DNA from: Candidatus Methylomirabilis sp.
GTDB taxonomy: Bacteria; Methylomirabilota; Methylomirabilia; Methylomirabilales; Methylomirabilaceae
NCBI GenBank assembly: GCA_041498975.1
Contig: JBGQJI010000042.1
Coordinates: 1-16,992, forward strand
Length of the DNA stretch: 16,992 nucleotides
Reading direction: 5' to 3'
A program made the translations under genes and the position numbers. Under the pieces are notes generated by a model, which was not told the DNA's origin, searched no databases, and saw only the letters and a program-made list of their open reading frames with translations. Each line of letters starts with the position of its first letter. The first letter of the stretch is position 1. This document shows, piece after piece, positions 8,281-16,695 of the stretch.

Positions 8281-8448
8281 ATGGAACAGTTCTTGACAAT
8301 CGCAACCCAGCCGGACAACATCCCGATCATCGGAATGCTGGTGCTTGTCTTAATCTGCTTGGGGCTCGCCATGAGGCAGGCGTTTGCCAATGACCGCCTC
8401 ATCGAAAAAGGGCAGAAGGACAAGATCTTCCGGGAGATGTACAAGTAG
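8281..8448 (+). CDS. Small single-TM protein with PDNIPI motif (55 aa)
   Basis: Strong AAGGAGG RBS before ATG 8281. MEQFLTIATQPDNIPIIGMLVLVLICLGLAMRQAFANDRLIEKG... Confidence 0.75.
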   Translation: MEQFLTIATQPDNIPIIGMLVLVLICLGLAMRQAFANDRLIEKGQKDKIFREMYK

Positions 8449-8503
8449 GCCTTTCGCGTCGATGCCTCCGATCTGCGCGCCCGATCCCTGAGGAGCCGAA
8501 CGC

Positions 8504-9004
8504 GTGTTCATCCTGGTCACGATTGCCATCCTGGTCGGCGTTGCCTTGATTCTCTTGATCACTCGTTCTTCGTCGCCGGTGGCCGCCGAGAAGGCGTATT
8601 ATCAACCCAGAGGCGCAGAGCAACAGCGACTCGAGCGACTCGCTCCCGAGCAGTTCGAGCGTCTCTGCATCCGCCTCCTGGAGCAGATGGGCTTAATCAT
8701 CAACTCCTTCAACAGCAACAAACAGGGGCAGATCGACATCACCGCTGTCAACCCTCAACCGATCACCGGCGGCGACTACATCGTTCACTGCCTGCTGGCG
8801 CCACCCGATGAGCCGATCAACTCCACCCGGATCATCGCCCTGAGCGATACCGTTCGTGCCGAGGGGGCATCCAAGGGGATTTTTATCACAACCGGTTTCT
8901 TCTCCGAGGAGGTTCCGAAACTCATCGAGGGGCCGCCGCTCGAATTGATCAACGGGCAGCGCCTTCGACAGATCCTCGGGGAACATCGAATCTCCCTCGC
9001 CTGA
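8504..9004 (+). CDS. Membrane-anchored Mrr-like (restriction endonuclease fold) protein
   Basis: GAGGAG RBS and N-terminal TM helix. Mrr_cat-like motifs PEQFERLCIRLLEQMG, GQIDI, GASKGIFITTGFFS and LELINGQRL. Confidence 0.8.
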   Translation: MFILVTIAILVGVALILLITRSSSPVAAEKAYYQPRGAEQQRLERLAPEQFERLCIRLLEQMGLIINSFNSNKQGQIDITAVNPQPITGGDYIVHCLLAPPDEPINSTRIIALSDTVRAEGASKGIFITTGFFSEEVPKLIEGPPLELINGQRLRQILGEHRISLA

Positions 9005-9229
9005 CCCCGCCTTCGGACTCCAGCCTAGAAGTCCCGTAGCATGTGTTTTCCGGCGGCTGGGCCGCCCTCGCGCACCTTGCCGCTGCGAGCGGCTGGAACC
9101 GCGCGAACCGATCCCGGTCTCTTGAGAGCGCGGAGCCTGCCCCGAGCAGTGCCGAGCGGGTTCGCTCCCCCCATGCCTCTTCATCCATGCCGACGCATTT
9201 GTTCGCTCTACCCGCTCCTGCGGTGATGC

Positions 9230-9691
9230 CTATCCGTGGAGCATCATCGCGAGCCACAGGGCCACCCCCCCTCCGACGCTGGTGGCGATAAGGCCGCGCC
9301 GCACCTGGCGCTTTGCGCCTTCAGCAGAGGGGCTTCTCGCGAGTCTCGGCATCCAGGCAAGGCTCAATCCGATCTGGATCCCGATCATGGCCGAGACGAT
9401 CAGGAGCTTGCCGGTGAGGCGTCTGAGGAAGGCCGGCTGGAAGGCAAATCCGATATCAACCCCTACCCTCAAGAGGTTGAATATCCCTGTCAGCACCAGG
9501 AGTTCGATGGCCAGCCAGGACCATCGGAGATACCGTCTTCCAAGGCGAAGCAGCAATTCCTCCCAGGAGGCCGGATCGATGCTTCTGCGAACCGGGGGTA
9601 GCCAGAGCAGGCTGAAAAAAGCGGAAGAGCCGATCCAGGTGAAAGCGGCGAACAGGTGGAGGGAAAGGTTGAGCAGCCCCAGGGACCCCAT
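9230..9691 (-). CDS. CopD/DUF4149-like four-TM membrane protein
   Basis: LHLFAAFTWIGS motif, LLVLTGIFN, GKLLIV and four hydrophobic segments. Last gene of the operon. Confidence 0.7.
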   Translation of the reverse strand: MGSLGLLNLSLHLFAAFTWIGSSAFFSLLWLPPVRRSIDPASWEELLLRLGRRYLRWSWLAIELLVLTGIFNLLRVGVDIGFAFQPAFLRRLTGKLLIVSAMIGIQIGLSLAWMPRLARSPSAEGAKRQVRRGLIATSVGGGVALWLAMMLHG

Positions 9692-9700
9692 AGATGCCGC

Positions 9701-10195
9701 CTACATGCCGAAGCGGTCCCTCGCCTCATCCATCACCTCGGCAGTGATCTTCTGATACCCCTTCTCCTCCGCGTACTGTTCGATCCCTTTCTGGGCCCAC
9801 GAGCGCACGAAACTGGGGATATTGCTCAGGCGCTGTGCCGCCTCCTCGGTCCAGATCGCTCGATGTGCTGGACCTTGCCGCTCGAAGGCGGCGTTGGCGA
9901 TCGATGTGAAGGGACAGCCCGATCCGGCAGAGGTGGGTTGGGTGGCCGATGGCACGTCTTCACGCTTCGCGGCAAGTGTGCTCCGGATAAACGTCATCGG
10001 ATCGGCGGAGACCTGTGCTCCGCCGATCTTGACGTCCATCGATCGGACGAGCTGCGTCTCCATCGGATTGGTGAGCAGCGCCACCTGCCGCCGACAGGCC
10101 GGGCAACCGAAGATGAGGGTCAGGCCCCCATCGTCCGGCCCCTTCGACTCCTGGATCTTCATCGGTTCATCGCACGGGACGCACAGAAACTTCAT
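9701..10195 (-). CDS. Zinc-ribbon (CxxC...CxxC) protein with C-terminal PCP_red-like domain
   Basis: MKFLCVPCDEPM...FGCPAC at the N-terminus and WTEEAAQRLSNIPSFVRSWAQKGIEQYAEEKGYQKIT at the C-terminus. ATGA overlap with the mrp stop; GGAGG RBS. Confidence 0.85.
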   Translation of the reverse strand: MKFLCVPCDEPMKIQESKGPDDGGLTLIFGCPACRRQVALLTNPMETQLVRSMDVKIGGAQVSADPMTFIRSTLAAKREDVPSATQPTSAGSGCPFTSIANAAFERQGPAHRAIWTEEAAQRLSNIPSFVRSWAQKGIEQYAEEKGYQKITAEVMDEARDRFGM

Positions 10196-11112
10196 CGACC
10201 CTCCTTCGCCTCGAGACGCGCCCGCGGACGGTTGAGCGCCTCACCGAGTTTGGCGGCGATTTGAGACAAGGCCTTGGACGACGGTGTCGTTGGATACGCG
10301 AGGAGGACAGGGGACCCCTCGTCGGCGCACCGGCTGAGAAGTGGATCGAAGGGCACGCGGCCCAGGAAGGGGACCCCCATGCGCTCGGCCATCTGCATCG
10401 AATCTGGCCCTGGGAAGAGCGTTTCCTCGGCGCCGCAGCGGGAGCAGAGATGGGCCGCCATATTTTCAATCACCCCCAGGACAGGCGCCTTCAAGATCTC
10501 CTTGGCCACGGTGACCGACTTGGCAACGATGAGCTGGGAAACCTCTGAAGGCAAGGTCACAATGATGACCCCATGAAGGTCGGGCAGCAACGGGAGCAGG
10601 TTGGGGATCCGATCGGTCCCGGGCGGCAGGTCGAGAAGCAGCAGGTCCAGCTCCCCCCATTCACTGTCCGCAAGGAACTCTCTGAGCGTCGTCACCTCCA
10701 TCGCCCCTCGCCAGAAGTACCCTGCCCCCTCTGTCGGTCCACTCCAGAGGACGGGCGTCTCGTCGCTGGGGAGGAAGAGGTCCATCGACACGACGCGGAT
10801 CCCCAGCGGCCCTTGTGCCGGCTTCACGCCTTCCGGCCGGAAGTCCAGGCGCTGCCCCCGCACTCCAAGCATCTTCGCCTGCGATGGGCCATTAATATCG
10901 GCGTCGAGGACGCCCACCCGCATCCCGCGCGCGGCGAACGCTGCTGCGAGGTTGGCAACGATGACGCTCTTCCCCACCCCGCCCTTGCCGCTCAGGACGG
11001 CCACCTTGGATTTGATCTTGGCCATGCGCGCTCGAAGTCGCTCCTGTTGCGCGGTGACCTGCCCCACCACATTGGAGCCGCCATCGCCCGCGATGTCCCG
11101 ATACGTCTTCAT
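10192..11112 (-). CDS. mrp: Mrp/NBP35 (ApbC) Fe-S cluster carrier ATPase
   Basis: SGKGGVGKS deviant Walker A, LDADINGPS, WGELDLLLLDLPPGT, GVIENM...CSRC and FLGRVPFDP. Start at ATG 11112 (MKTYRD), with ATGA overlap to the upstream stop. Confidence 0.9.
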   Translation of the reverse strand: MKTYRDIAGDGGSNVVGQVTAQQERLRARMAKIKSKVAVLSGKGGVGKSVIVANLAAAFAARGMRVGVLDADINGPSQAKMLGVRGQRLDFRPEGVKPAQGPLGIRVVSMDLFLPSDETPVLWSGPTEGAGYFWRGAMEVTTLREFLADSEWGELDLLLLDLPPGTDRIPNLLPLLPDLHGVIIVTLPSEVSQLIVAKSVTVAKEILKAPVLGVIENMAAHLCSRCGAEETLFPGPDSMQMAERMGVPFLGRVPFDPLLSRCADEGSPVLLAYPTTPSSKALSQIAAKLGEALNRPRARLEAKEGR

Positions 11113-11516
11113 GGCTTGAGGTCCCAGGCAGCCCGGGCCAGCATGTAGCCGGTCCCGAGTGTCACGAGGAGAAAGATCCATGCCCCCGCCCTCATCGAGA
11201 TCTCGATGCCTCCCGGGAGGGGGACAGCTCGGATTGTCGGATTGACGATCACACGCGCGACGCCAACGGCACGCAGAAGGACGAGAACAGCGAGGAGCCG
11301 TGTGAACCAGACGTACCCCCTACTGAGCAACCAGGGGAAGAGGATGATCAGCATCGCCCCGACAGCAAACCAGATCACGCCGGCCCGTGAGGTCAATGGC
11401 CGCCCAGTGATGCCCGTGGAAGCGACGTATAGGGCACCCGCCAGGTAGAGGCAGCCATAGACAAGATACGACAGGGCTGCCTGGCGGAATTTTTCCTGTC
11501 GTGTAGCCATCGCCAC
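11109..11516 (-). CDS. Hypothetical four-TM membrane protein
   Basis: Four hydrophobic segments; coupled to mrp by an ATGA overlap. Start at GTG 11516 or ATG 11510. Confidence 0.75.
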   Translation of the reverse strand: MAMATRQEKFRQAALSYLVYGCLYLAGALYVASTGITGRPLTSRAGVIWFAVGAMLIILFPWLLSRGYVWFTRLLAVLVLLRAVGVARVIVNPTIRAVPLPGGIEISMRAGAWIFLLVTLGTGYMLARAAWDLKP

Positions 11517-11559
11517 CTTGACACCAACGTCTGCCGGCCAATCTCTCCTTGCGCGCGCC

Positions 11560-13464
11560 CTACTCCGTCTTGCCCTGGTACCGCTCGCGGATCGCCGCTA
11601 CCTGGACGTCCCCCTTCGTGTAGTCGGCCACCACCTCGTTCATGATCCTCCTGCTGACCTCGAGGCCAGCCTCTACCATCGCCAGATCGATGAGGTCGGC
11701 GCCGCGTTCCCTGGCCACTGCCTCGATCCTGGATTTGGTGATGTCCTGCATGAAGCCGGCCGGGACAAGGCTCAGCCGCGCCACGGCCTCCTCGGTCCAG
11801 ACAAAGGCGCCATTCGGCTGACCCGCGGTCGACGGGACCGTTGTCTGAACCGGTAAGCCGAGGCTCTTCGCTTCGGCATCCTGCTCGATGACCGACGCGG
11901 CCAACTCCGTTGTGATCGCCTGCAGCTTCCGAATTCTGGCCGTCTTCTCGATCCTGGCTTTGGCCCTTCGCCGCTCGTATCCCGAAGGAACGGACCGCAG
12001 GAGCTTCTTGGCTTCCTCGGTCCAGGCGAGTTTGACGCCATCGAAGGCCTCTTCCTCCTCAAGACCCCCCTCTTCGCCGGCCAGGGCCTCCACGACACTC
12101 CTGTCGATCGTCTGGAACTTCTCGGAGCCGGCGCGACAGACGGGACACTGGACCGGCTTCACCTCGCGGGCGACGTGTCCGCAGACCTCGCAGAGGAAGG
12201 CGGGCATGTCGGACGAGCGAATCCGTTCCACGGCCAGCTCGAGCGCCGCGCGGCCGGCCGCCTCCGCCGTCCGTTTCGGCATGAACATATCCATGACCTG
12301 ATCGATTACCGACGAGGTGACCACCGAGTGCCCACGCTCCAGGGCGAATCGAAGGACGGCCGTCCTCGCGATCCCCTTCACGAAAGCCGGCACGCGCTCC
12401 ATCCTGGCGAGGGCCTCGTCCGTCCAGCTCACCGCCTCTTCGGCCTTTACATCGATCGGCGGGTAGAACTTTGCGCTGGTGAGCAGGACATGGCAGGGGG
12501 CCAGCCGAAGCAGGTTCTCGGCATTGCTGCCGATATCCATGGTTTCATCGCTGTGCACGCCGATCTTGCCCAGCACCAGGAGCCAGGGTTTCTCCTTTCT
12601 GATGTACTGGATGATCTTCTCGAACGCCTTCCCGTCCAGCAGGGTGATCCGGAGATCGACACCATCCCCCGCCGCCACGGTCCTGGCCACCTCCAGGTGC
12701 GACTGATAGATCTTTGCCAGGCCGGTATCGATAATCTCCTCGTGCAGCTTCTCCTGCTCCTTGAATTTGAACACCTTCGAGGCCTTTTCCGAGAGGACGC
12801 CCACGATGCTGTTGAACATCGCATAGTGCAGGTACGGATCATAGACGCCAACCGCCTCCACCTTGCGTCCCACGGCGCGCCCTATGGCGATCGCCGATTT
12901 GAGCCCGGCGAACGATTGAGGGCTGCCGTCGATCCCGACCAGTATACTGCCGCCGTTCTGCTCCGCCGCCGGCGTGAGGTCCTTCGCCACGAGGACATCC
13001 GTGCTGACCCGCCGGACCACTCGTTCCGTGACACTGCCGATCAGGCTGTCTTTCACCGCGCCCAAGCCGAGGGCGCCGATCACGACCAGGTCGTAGCCGT
13101 TCTTCTTGATGTCCTCCACCAACGGCTGGAAGGTCCGGCCGTCGAACATCTTCCGCTCGAATGGCAGGCCGCGCTCGCGGCATTTCCGCTCCACGACATC
13201 GATGTAGGAGTCTGAGATCAATTGCAGGCCCATGGTGATGAGCGAGTCGTGGATTCTCCGCTGCCGTTCCAATTCATTTTCATCCTGGTACTCTTCGGGC
13301 AGAGTATACTCCATCTGCTTGAAGCGATAGTCGTGCATCTTGGCGGCATAGACATGCGATCCGGTCAGCGATGCGCCGAACTGCTCACCCAACGTGACCG
13401 CCAGATCGGCGGCACAGTTCGAGTACTCGGAGTTGTCAAGCGGCACCATGATATTCTTGTACAT
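11560..13464 (-). CDS. Multidomain universal stress protein: 2x USP + PCP_red + rubredoxin-like + 2x PCP_red (634 aa)
   Basis: MYKNIMVPLDNS and SILVGIDGSPQS USP starts, both with G-x2-G-x9-GS ATP motifs (GALGLGAVKDSLIGS, GKIGVHSDETMDIGS). CEVCGH...CPVC. Three WT(D/E)EA...VP repeats. Confidence 0.9.
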   Translation of the reverse strand: MYKNIMVPLDNSEYSNCAADLAVTLGEQFGASLTGSHVYAAKMHDYRFKQMEYTLPEEYQDENELERQRRIHDSLITMGLQLISDSYIDVVERKCRERGLPFERKMFDGRTFQPLVEDIKKNGYDLVVIGALGLGAVKDSLIGSVTERVVRRVSTDVLVAKDLTPAAEQNGGSILVGIDGSPQSFAGLKSAIAIGRAVGRKVEAVGVYDPYLHYAMFNSIVGVLSEKASKVFKFKEQEKLHEEIIDTGLAKIYQSHLEVARTVAAGDGVDLRITLLDGKAFEKIIQYIRKEKPWLLVLGKIGVHSDETMDIGSNAENLLRLAPCHVLLTSAKFYPPIDVKAEEAVSWTDEALARMERVPAFVKGIARTAVLRFALERGHSVVTSSVIDQVMDMFMPKRTAEAAGRAALELAVERIRSSDMPAFLCEVCGHVAREVKPVQCPVCRAGSEKFQTIDRSVVEALAGEEGGLEEEEAFDGVKLAWTEEAKKLLRSVPSGYERRRAKARIEKTARIRKLQAITTELAASVIEQDAEAKSLGLPVQTTVPSTAGQPNGAFVWTEEAVARLSLVPAGFMQDITKSRIEAVARERGADLIDLAMVEAGLEVSRRIMNEVVADYTKGDVQVAAIRERYQGKTE

Positions 13465-13525
13465 GGCCTGTTATCCCCCCTCGTCGCTATGGCGTCTGAG
13501 TGGTTCTATAGGTCAAATCCGGCGA

Positions 13526-13554
13526 ATAATAGCACGTAACTCGCCAGAGACCAA
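13526..13554 (-). promoter_or_regulatory. Putative sigma70 promoter for the USP operon
   Basis: Minus strand TTGGTC-N17-TATTAT with extended TG-n, about 60 nt upstream of ATG 13464. Confidence 0.5.
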
Positions 13555-13687
13555 TGTTGATTTTGTCGATCTTTTCTCGGGCACGGGTTTCGATCAGCCA
13601 GAGAAGGCATGATGCAAACCACACCGGGTTTCGCCATCATGCACGCGGGGGTGCCAAAGCCATTGCCGCTCCCTCTTCTTGGCCCAC

Positions 13688-14077
13688 CTATGCTGCACCC
13701 ATCTCCCGAGGAGGCCCGGGCATATCCTCGGGATTCAACAAGTAGTCAAGACTCATCCACAAACTTCTCGAATACCGGAAAAAGAACAGGGGAAAGCCGA
13801 TGCCAAAGCTGCTCCAGAGGATAAGCTGCTGCGCGAGAGAAAGGTTGATGAAACGGTCAAGCCAAAAGAAACCCGCTATCACGATGATGGCGGTGGCAGC
13901 GTAATTAATGTAGATGGCGCCCACAAAATACCCCTGCTCGCGCTCAAACGTGAGATCACAGGAGAGGCAGTTTGGATACATCGAAAAGAACCCCCGGAAC
14001 AGGAGCCCGATGCCGCACCTTGGACACCTCAACCGCGCGCCTCGCCCGATAATACTGCACACCCGTCGAATCTTCAC
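13688..14077 (-). CDS. DUF983 family membrane protein
   Basis: GARLRCPRCGIGLLFRGFFSMYPNCLSCDLTFEREQGYFVGAIYINY followed by two TM segments and FFRYSRSLW. Likely start GTG 14077 (alternative 14110). Confidence 0.85.
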   Translation of the reverse strand: MKIRRVCSIIGRGARLRCPRCGIGLLFRGFFSMYPNCLSCDLTFEREQGYFVGAIYINYAATAIIVIAGFFWLDRFINLSLAQQLILWSSFGIGFPLFFFRYSRSLWMSLDYLLNPEDMPGPPREMGAA

Positions 14078-14224
14078 CTGCTGCCCCCCTTGCTCGACCC
14101 ACTCTAGCACAAGACATCAGCCGCTGGTAGTGCGACGTGAAGGTGCTCGCTTAGAGGTGACGTGGCTCGGAGGGGCTGGGACTCCAGCATGCCTGTCGAG
14201 CGTCACCTTCATCCAAGACGCGCA

Positions 14225-14253
14225 TTGACAGCGCCTGGTGGGCGTGGTAAGAA
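14225..14253 (+). promoter_or_regulatory. Putative sigma70 promoter for thiO
   Basis: TTGACA-N17-TAAGAA with TG-n before the -10. Confidence 0.5.
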
Positions 14254-14362
14254 TTTCTCTGACAGTGATATTCGTGTTCCCGGTCGCAACACGTCTGCAG
14301 TGGCGCTGAACACACCGGTTCCCTCAACGGTGCAGCGGCACTCCAGTCAAATGGAGGTAACG

Positions 14363-15478
14363 ATGGCCAGAGGAGCGGACGTCATCATTATCGGAGGGGG
14401 GATCATCGGCGTCGCATGCGCCTACGCCCTCACGCGAGCTGGGGTGCGCCGCGTGGTGCTGGTTGAGCGGGGAGAGCTGGGACGGGAAGCCTCGCGGGCT
14501 GCTGCGGGGATGTTGGCGCCACAGGCGGAAGCGGAAAGCCTCGGGCCTTTTCTCGACCTCTGCCTGGCCGCGCGGGATCGCTACCGGACGCTGGCCGGCG
14601 AGCTTCGGGACGCCACCGGGGAAGACATCGAGCACTGCAACTGGGGACTTCTCTATCTCGTTGACCCGGCCGAGCATGAAGCGGCGCGAGGGCGGGCTGG
14701 CTGGCAACGGGAAGCGGGGCTCCGAGTCGAGGAGGTCTCCGGACAGGCGTTGCGCTCCCTGGAGCCCGCCCTAAATCCCGAGATCAGCGGTGCTCTCTTC
14801 TTCCCGGATGAGGCCCATGTCCGCCCGTGCGCGGTTGTCCGAGCGCTTACGGCAGGTGCGCGGGAACGAGGCGCTCAGGTCTTCGAGAACGTGGAGGCTG
14901 TCGATTTCATCATCGGCGAGGATCGGCTTCGCGGGGTCAGGGCCGGCGGAGAGACGATCCTGGCCGACAGCATTGTGGCCTGCGCCGGCCCGTGGACCGG
15001 CCGCCTCCTGGACCTGATTGGGCACGGGCTTCCCACAGAGCCTGTCCGGGGTCAGATCGTCCGAGCCAGGTTCGACCGGCCTCCCCTGTCCCACCTCGTG
15101 TGGGGACCATTGGGGTACCTGGTCCCACGGCTCAACGGCGAGCTCTTGATAGGATCGACAATGGAGCGTGTGGGATTCGATTCGACCCCCACGCTGGGGG
15201 GTGTGGCGGGCCTGTGCGAGGCTGCCAGGGCCATGGCTCCAGGTCTGATGGCCGCCCCTTTCGACAAGGCGTGGGCAGGGCTGCGTCCGCGACTACCGGA
15301 TGGCCTGCCAGCCATTGGCCGATTCGCCGATATTCCCAATCTGTACGTGGCCACCGGGCACTACCGCAACGGAATCCTCCTGGGCCCCCTGACTGGAGAG
15401 TTGATCGCCGACCTAGTGGTGGGGAAGGCGCCGCCGCTCTCTCTGGAACCATTCTCCCCCGACAGGTTCGCCACGTAA
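14363..15478 (+). CDS. thiO: Glycine oxidase ThiO (FAD-dependent, DAO family)
   Basis: GGAGG RBS before ATG 14363. IIGGGIIG dinucleotide-binding motif, ASRAAAGMLAP, PVRGQ, WAGLRP and ATGHYRNGILLGP. Confidence 0.85.
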   Translation: MARGADVIIIGGGIIGVACAYALTRAGVRRVVLVERGELGREASRAAAGMLAPQAEAESLGPFLDLCLAARDRYRTLAGELRDATGEDIEHCNWGLLYLVDPAEHEAARGRAGWQREAGLRVEEVSGQALRSLEPALNPEISGALFFPDEAHVRPCAVVRALTAGARERGAQVFENVEAVDFIIGEDRLRGVRAGGETILADSIVACAGPWTGRLLDLIGHGLPTEPVRGQIVRARFDRPPLSHLVWGPLGYLVPRLNGELLIGSTMERVGFDSTPTLGGVAGLCEAARAMAPGLMAAPFDKAWAGLRPRLPDGLPAIGRFADIPNLYVATGHYRNGILLGPLTGELIADLVVGKAPPLSLEPFSPDRFAT

Positions 15479-15489
15479 TGTCGGATAGC

Positions 15490-15792
15490 TCAGCGGACTT
15501 TATTCCGCCTGGCCTCTTCCACCTCTGATTCCGACCGAACGCAATCCTGTCCGCACCCTTTTCGTTGCGGCCAGAGAGAGCAATTCTTCACGCGCAGCAG
15601 CGCTCGGCCGAAGACTGAGGTCAATGCTGCTCGACCTGCATCAATTCCGACCTCCGCTTCCTGGCCCGCTACTGGGCACGTCAGTGACTTCCTGCTCCGA
15701 AAGCGGCGGAACGTGTCAGCGGCCACTGGAACCAGGACGTACACTGCCGCAAGCGCAAAGATGGCGGCGACGGCGATCCCGGGAGCACTCAT
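15490..15792 (-). CDS. Hypothetical membrane-anchored protein with four Cys (TCP...CSLWP...CGQDC)
   Basis: AAAGGAGG RBS, N-terminal TM helix, Cys-rich soluble domain. Confidence 0.75.
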   Translation of the reverse strand: MSAPGIAVAAIFALAAVYVLVPVAADTFRRFRSRKSLTCPVAGQEAEVGIDAGRAALTSVFGRALLRVKNCSLWPQRKGCGQDCVRSESEVEEARRNKVR

Positions 15793-15855
15793 CTCTTCCT
15801 CCTTTCCTCATTAGTTGTTCAATGTTGAATACACCCCCCCCTCACTCCCTCGCCA

Positions 15856-15872
15856 AGCATTCTAAATGCCAG
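15856..15872 (-). promoter_or_regulatory. Putative sigma54 (-24/-12) promoter
   Basis: Minus strand CTGGCATTTAGAATGCT has GG-N10-GC spacing and resembles YTGGCACGNNNNTTGCW. It lies about 65 nt upstream of ATG 15792. Confidence 0.6.
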
Positions 15873-16260
15873 GCCCAATCCGGCCGGAACACGCGACGCA
15901 CAACCGCTTTATTCCTAGGAAGTTGTGAACGTTTCCTAATCCACGCCTTTGGCCAGAAGGAAAGGGCCGAGTGGTCATAAGAGGGGCATCAGTACCCCAA
16001 AGCGTCAGAGTTGATTCCGCTAACTCTCCGAAACTCAAATGATCACGGGGATGGGACACCGATAGGACAGTTACCGACAGCTTACCCCAGCACTGGACAT
16101 TCATATCCCTAGCCCAATGCCCCGTGTCTCGGGATATTTCGTCTTCGTCAGAGGAGCGTCGAGGCTGAAGCCTGGGCGGTGAGTTGGCGCTGAGGAGGCT
16201 GGAGGGTCGGGACGCCCGGATAGTGAGATCTGAATGGCAAATCGCTTTCCCATGGGACGG

Positions 16261-16695
16261 TCATGATGGCGGGTAGAGATGATACAGCATCCAATAGACA
16301 ATAACCCCGGTGACCGACACGTACAGCCAGATGGGCAGGGTCCAGCGGGCGATCCGAACGTGCCTGTCGAAGCGGCCCTTCAATGCGCGAGAGAGCGTGA
16401 CCAGCACCAATGGGACGATCGCCGCGGCCAGGATGGTGTGAGAGGTCAGGATCGCGAAGTAGAGGATTCGAATCCCTCCCCGGCCCGCGAATCGGATCGA
16501 TCCCACGTGATAGTGATACGTCAGGTAGGAGATCAGGAAAAGGGTTGACGTCCCAAAGGCCGATAGCATACAGATCTTATGCGCGGTGATCTTTTTCCGC
16601 CTGATGCAGAGGTATCCGATAGCCAGCAAGAGGGCGCTGGTGGCGTTGAGTACAGCATTGACGGCGGGGAGGAACGAGATGGGGAGGACGATCAT
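16261..16695 (-). CDS. DUF420 (CtaM/YozB-like) membrane protein
   Basis: LPAVNAVLN, AHKICMLSAF, FLISYLTYH, SHTILA and HVRIARWTLPIWLYVSVTGV. ATGA-coupled to the SCO gene. Confidence 0.9.
   Translation of the reverse strand: MIVLPISFLPAVNAVLNATSALLLAIGYLCIRRKKITAHKICMLSAFGTSTLFLISYLTYHYHVGSIRFAGRGGIRILYFAILTSHTILAAAIVPLVLVTLSRALKGRFDRHVRIARWTLPIWLYVSVTGVIVYWMLYHLYPPS

Noticed and set aside
9005..9229. Small ORFs in the gap between the convergent Mrr-like and CopD-like genes
   Set aside because: Several short frames are open, but none has recognisable motifs or convincing coding features, and no clear terminator was seen.
9701..13464. Photosynthesis (DPOR) genes implied by the PCP_red domains
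   Set aside because: Only the small accessory domain is present. There is no nitrogenase-like BchN/B/L catalytic sequence.
13557..13570. FNR/DNR-like box TTGATTTTGTCGAT upstream of the USP operon
   Set aside because: Half-site spacing is one base short of TTGAT-N4-ATCAA and the second half is mismatched.
13640..13657. Sigma54-like TTGGCAC...TGCA on the minus strand
   Set aside because: GG to GC spacing is 11 nt rather than the required 10.
12175..15528. Long ORFs 12175..13215(+), 13679..14107(+), 14827..15528(+)
   Set aside because: Shadow frames overlapping the well-supported USP, DUF983 and thiO genes.
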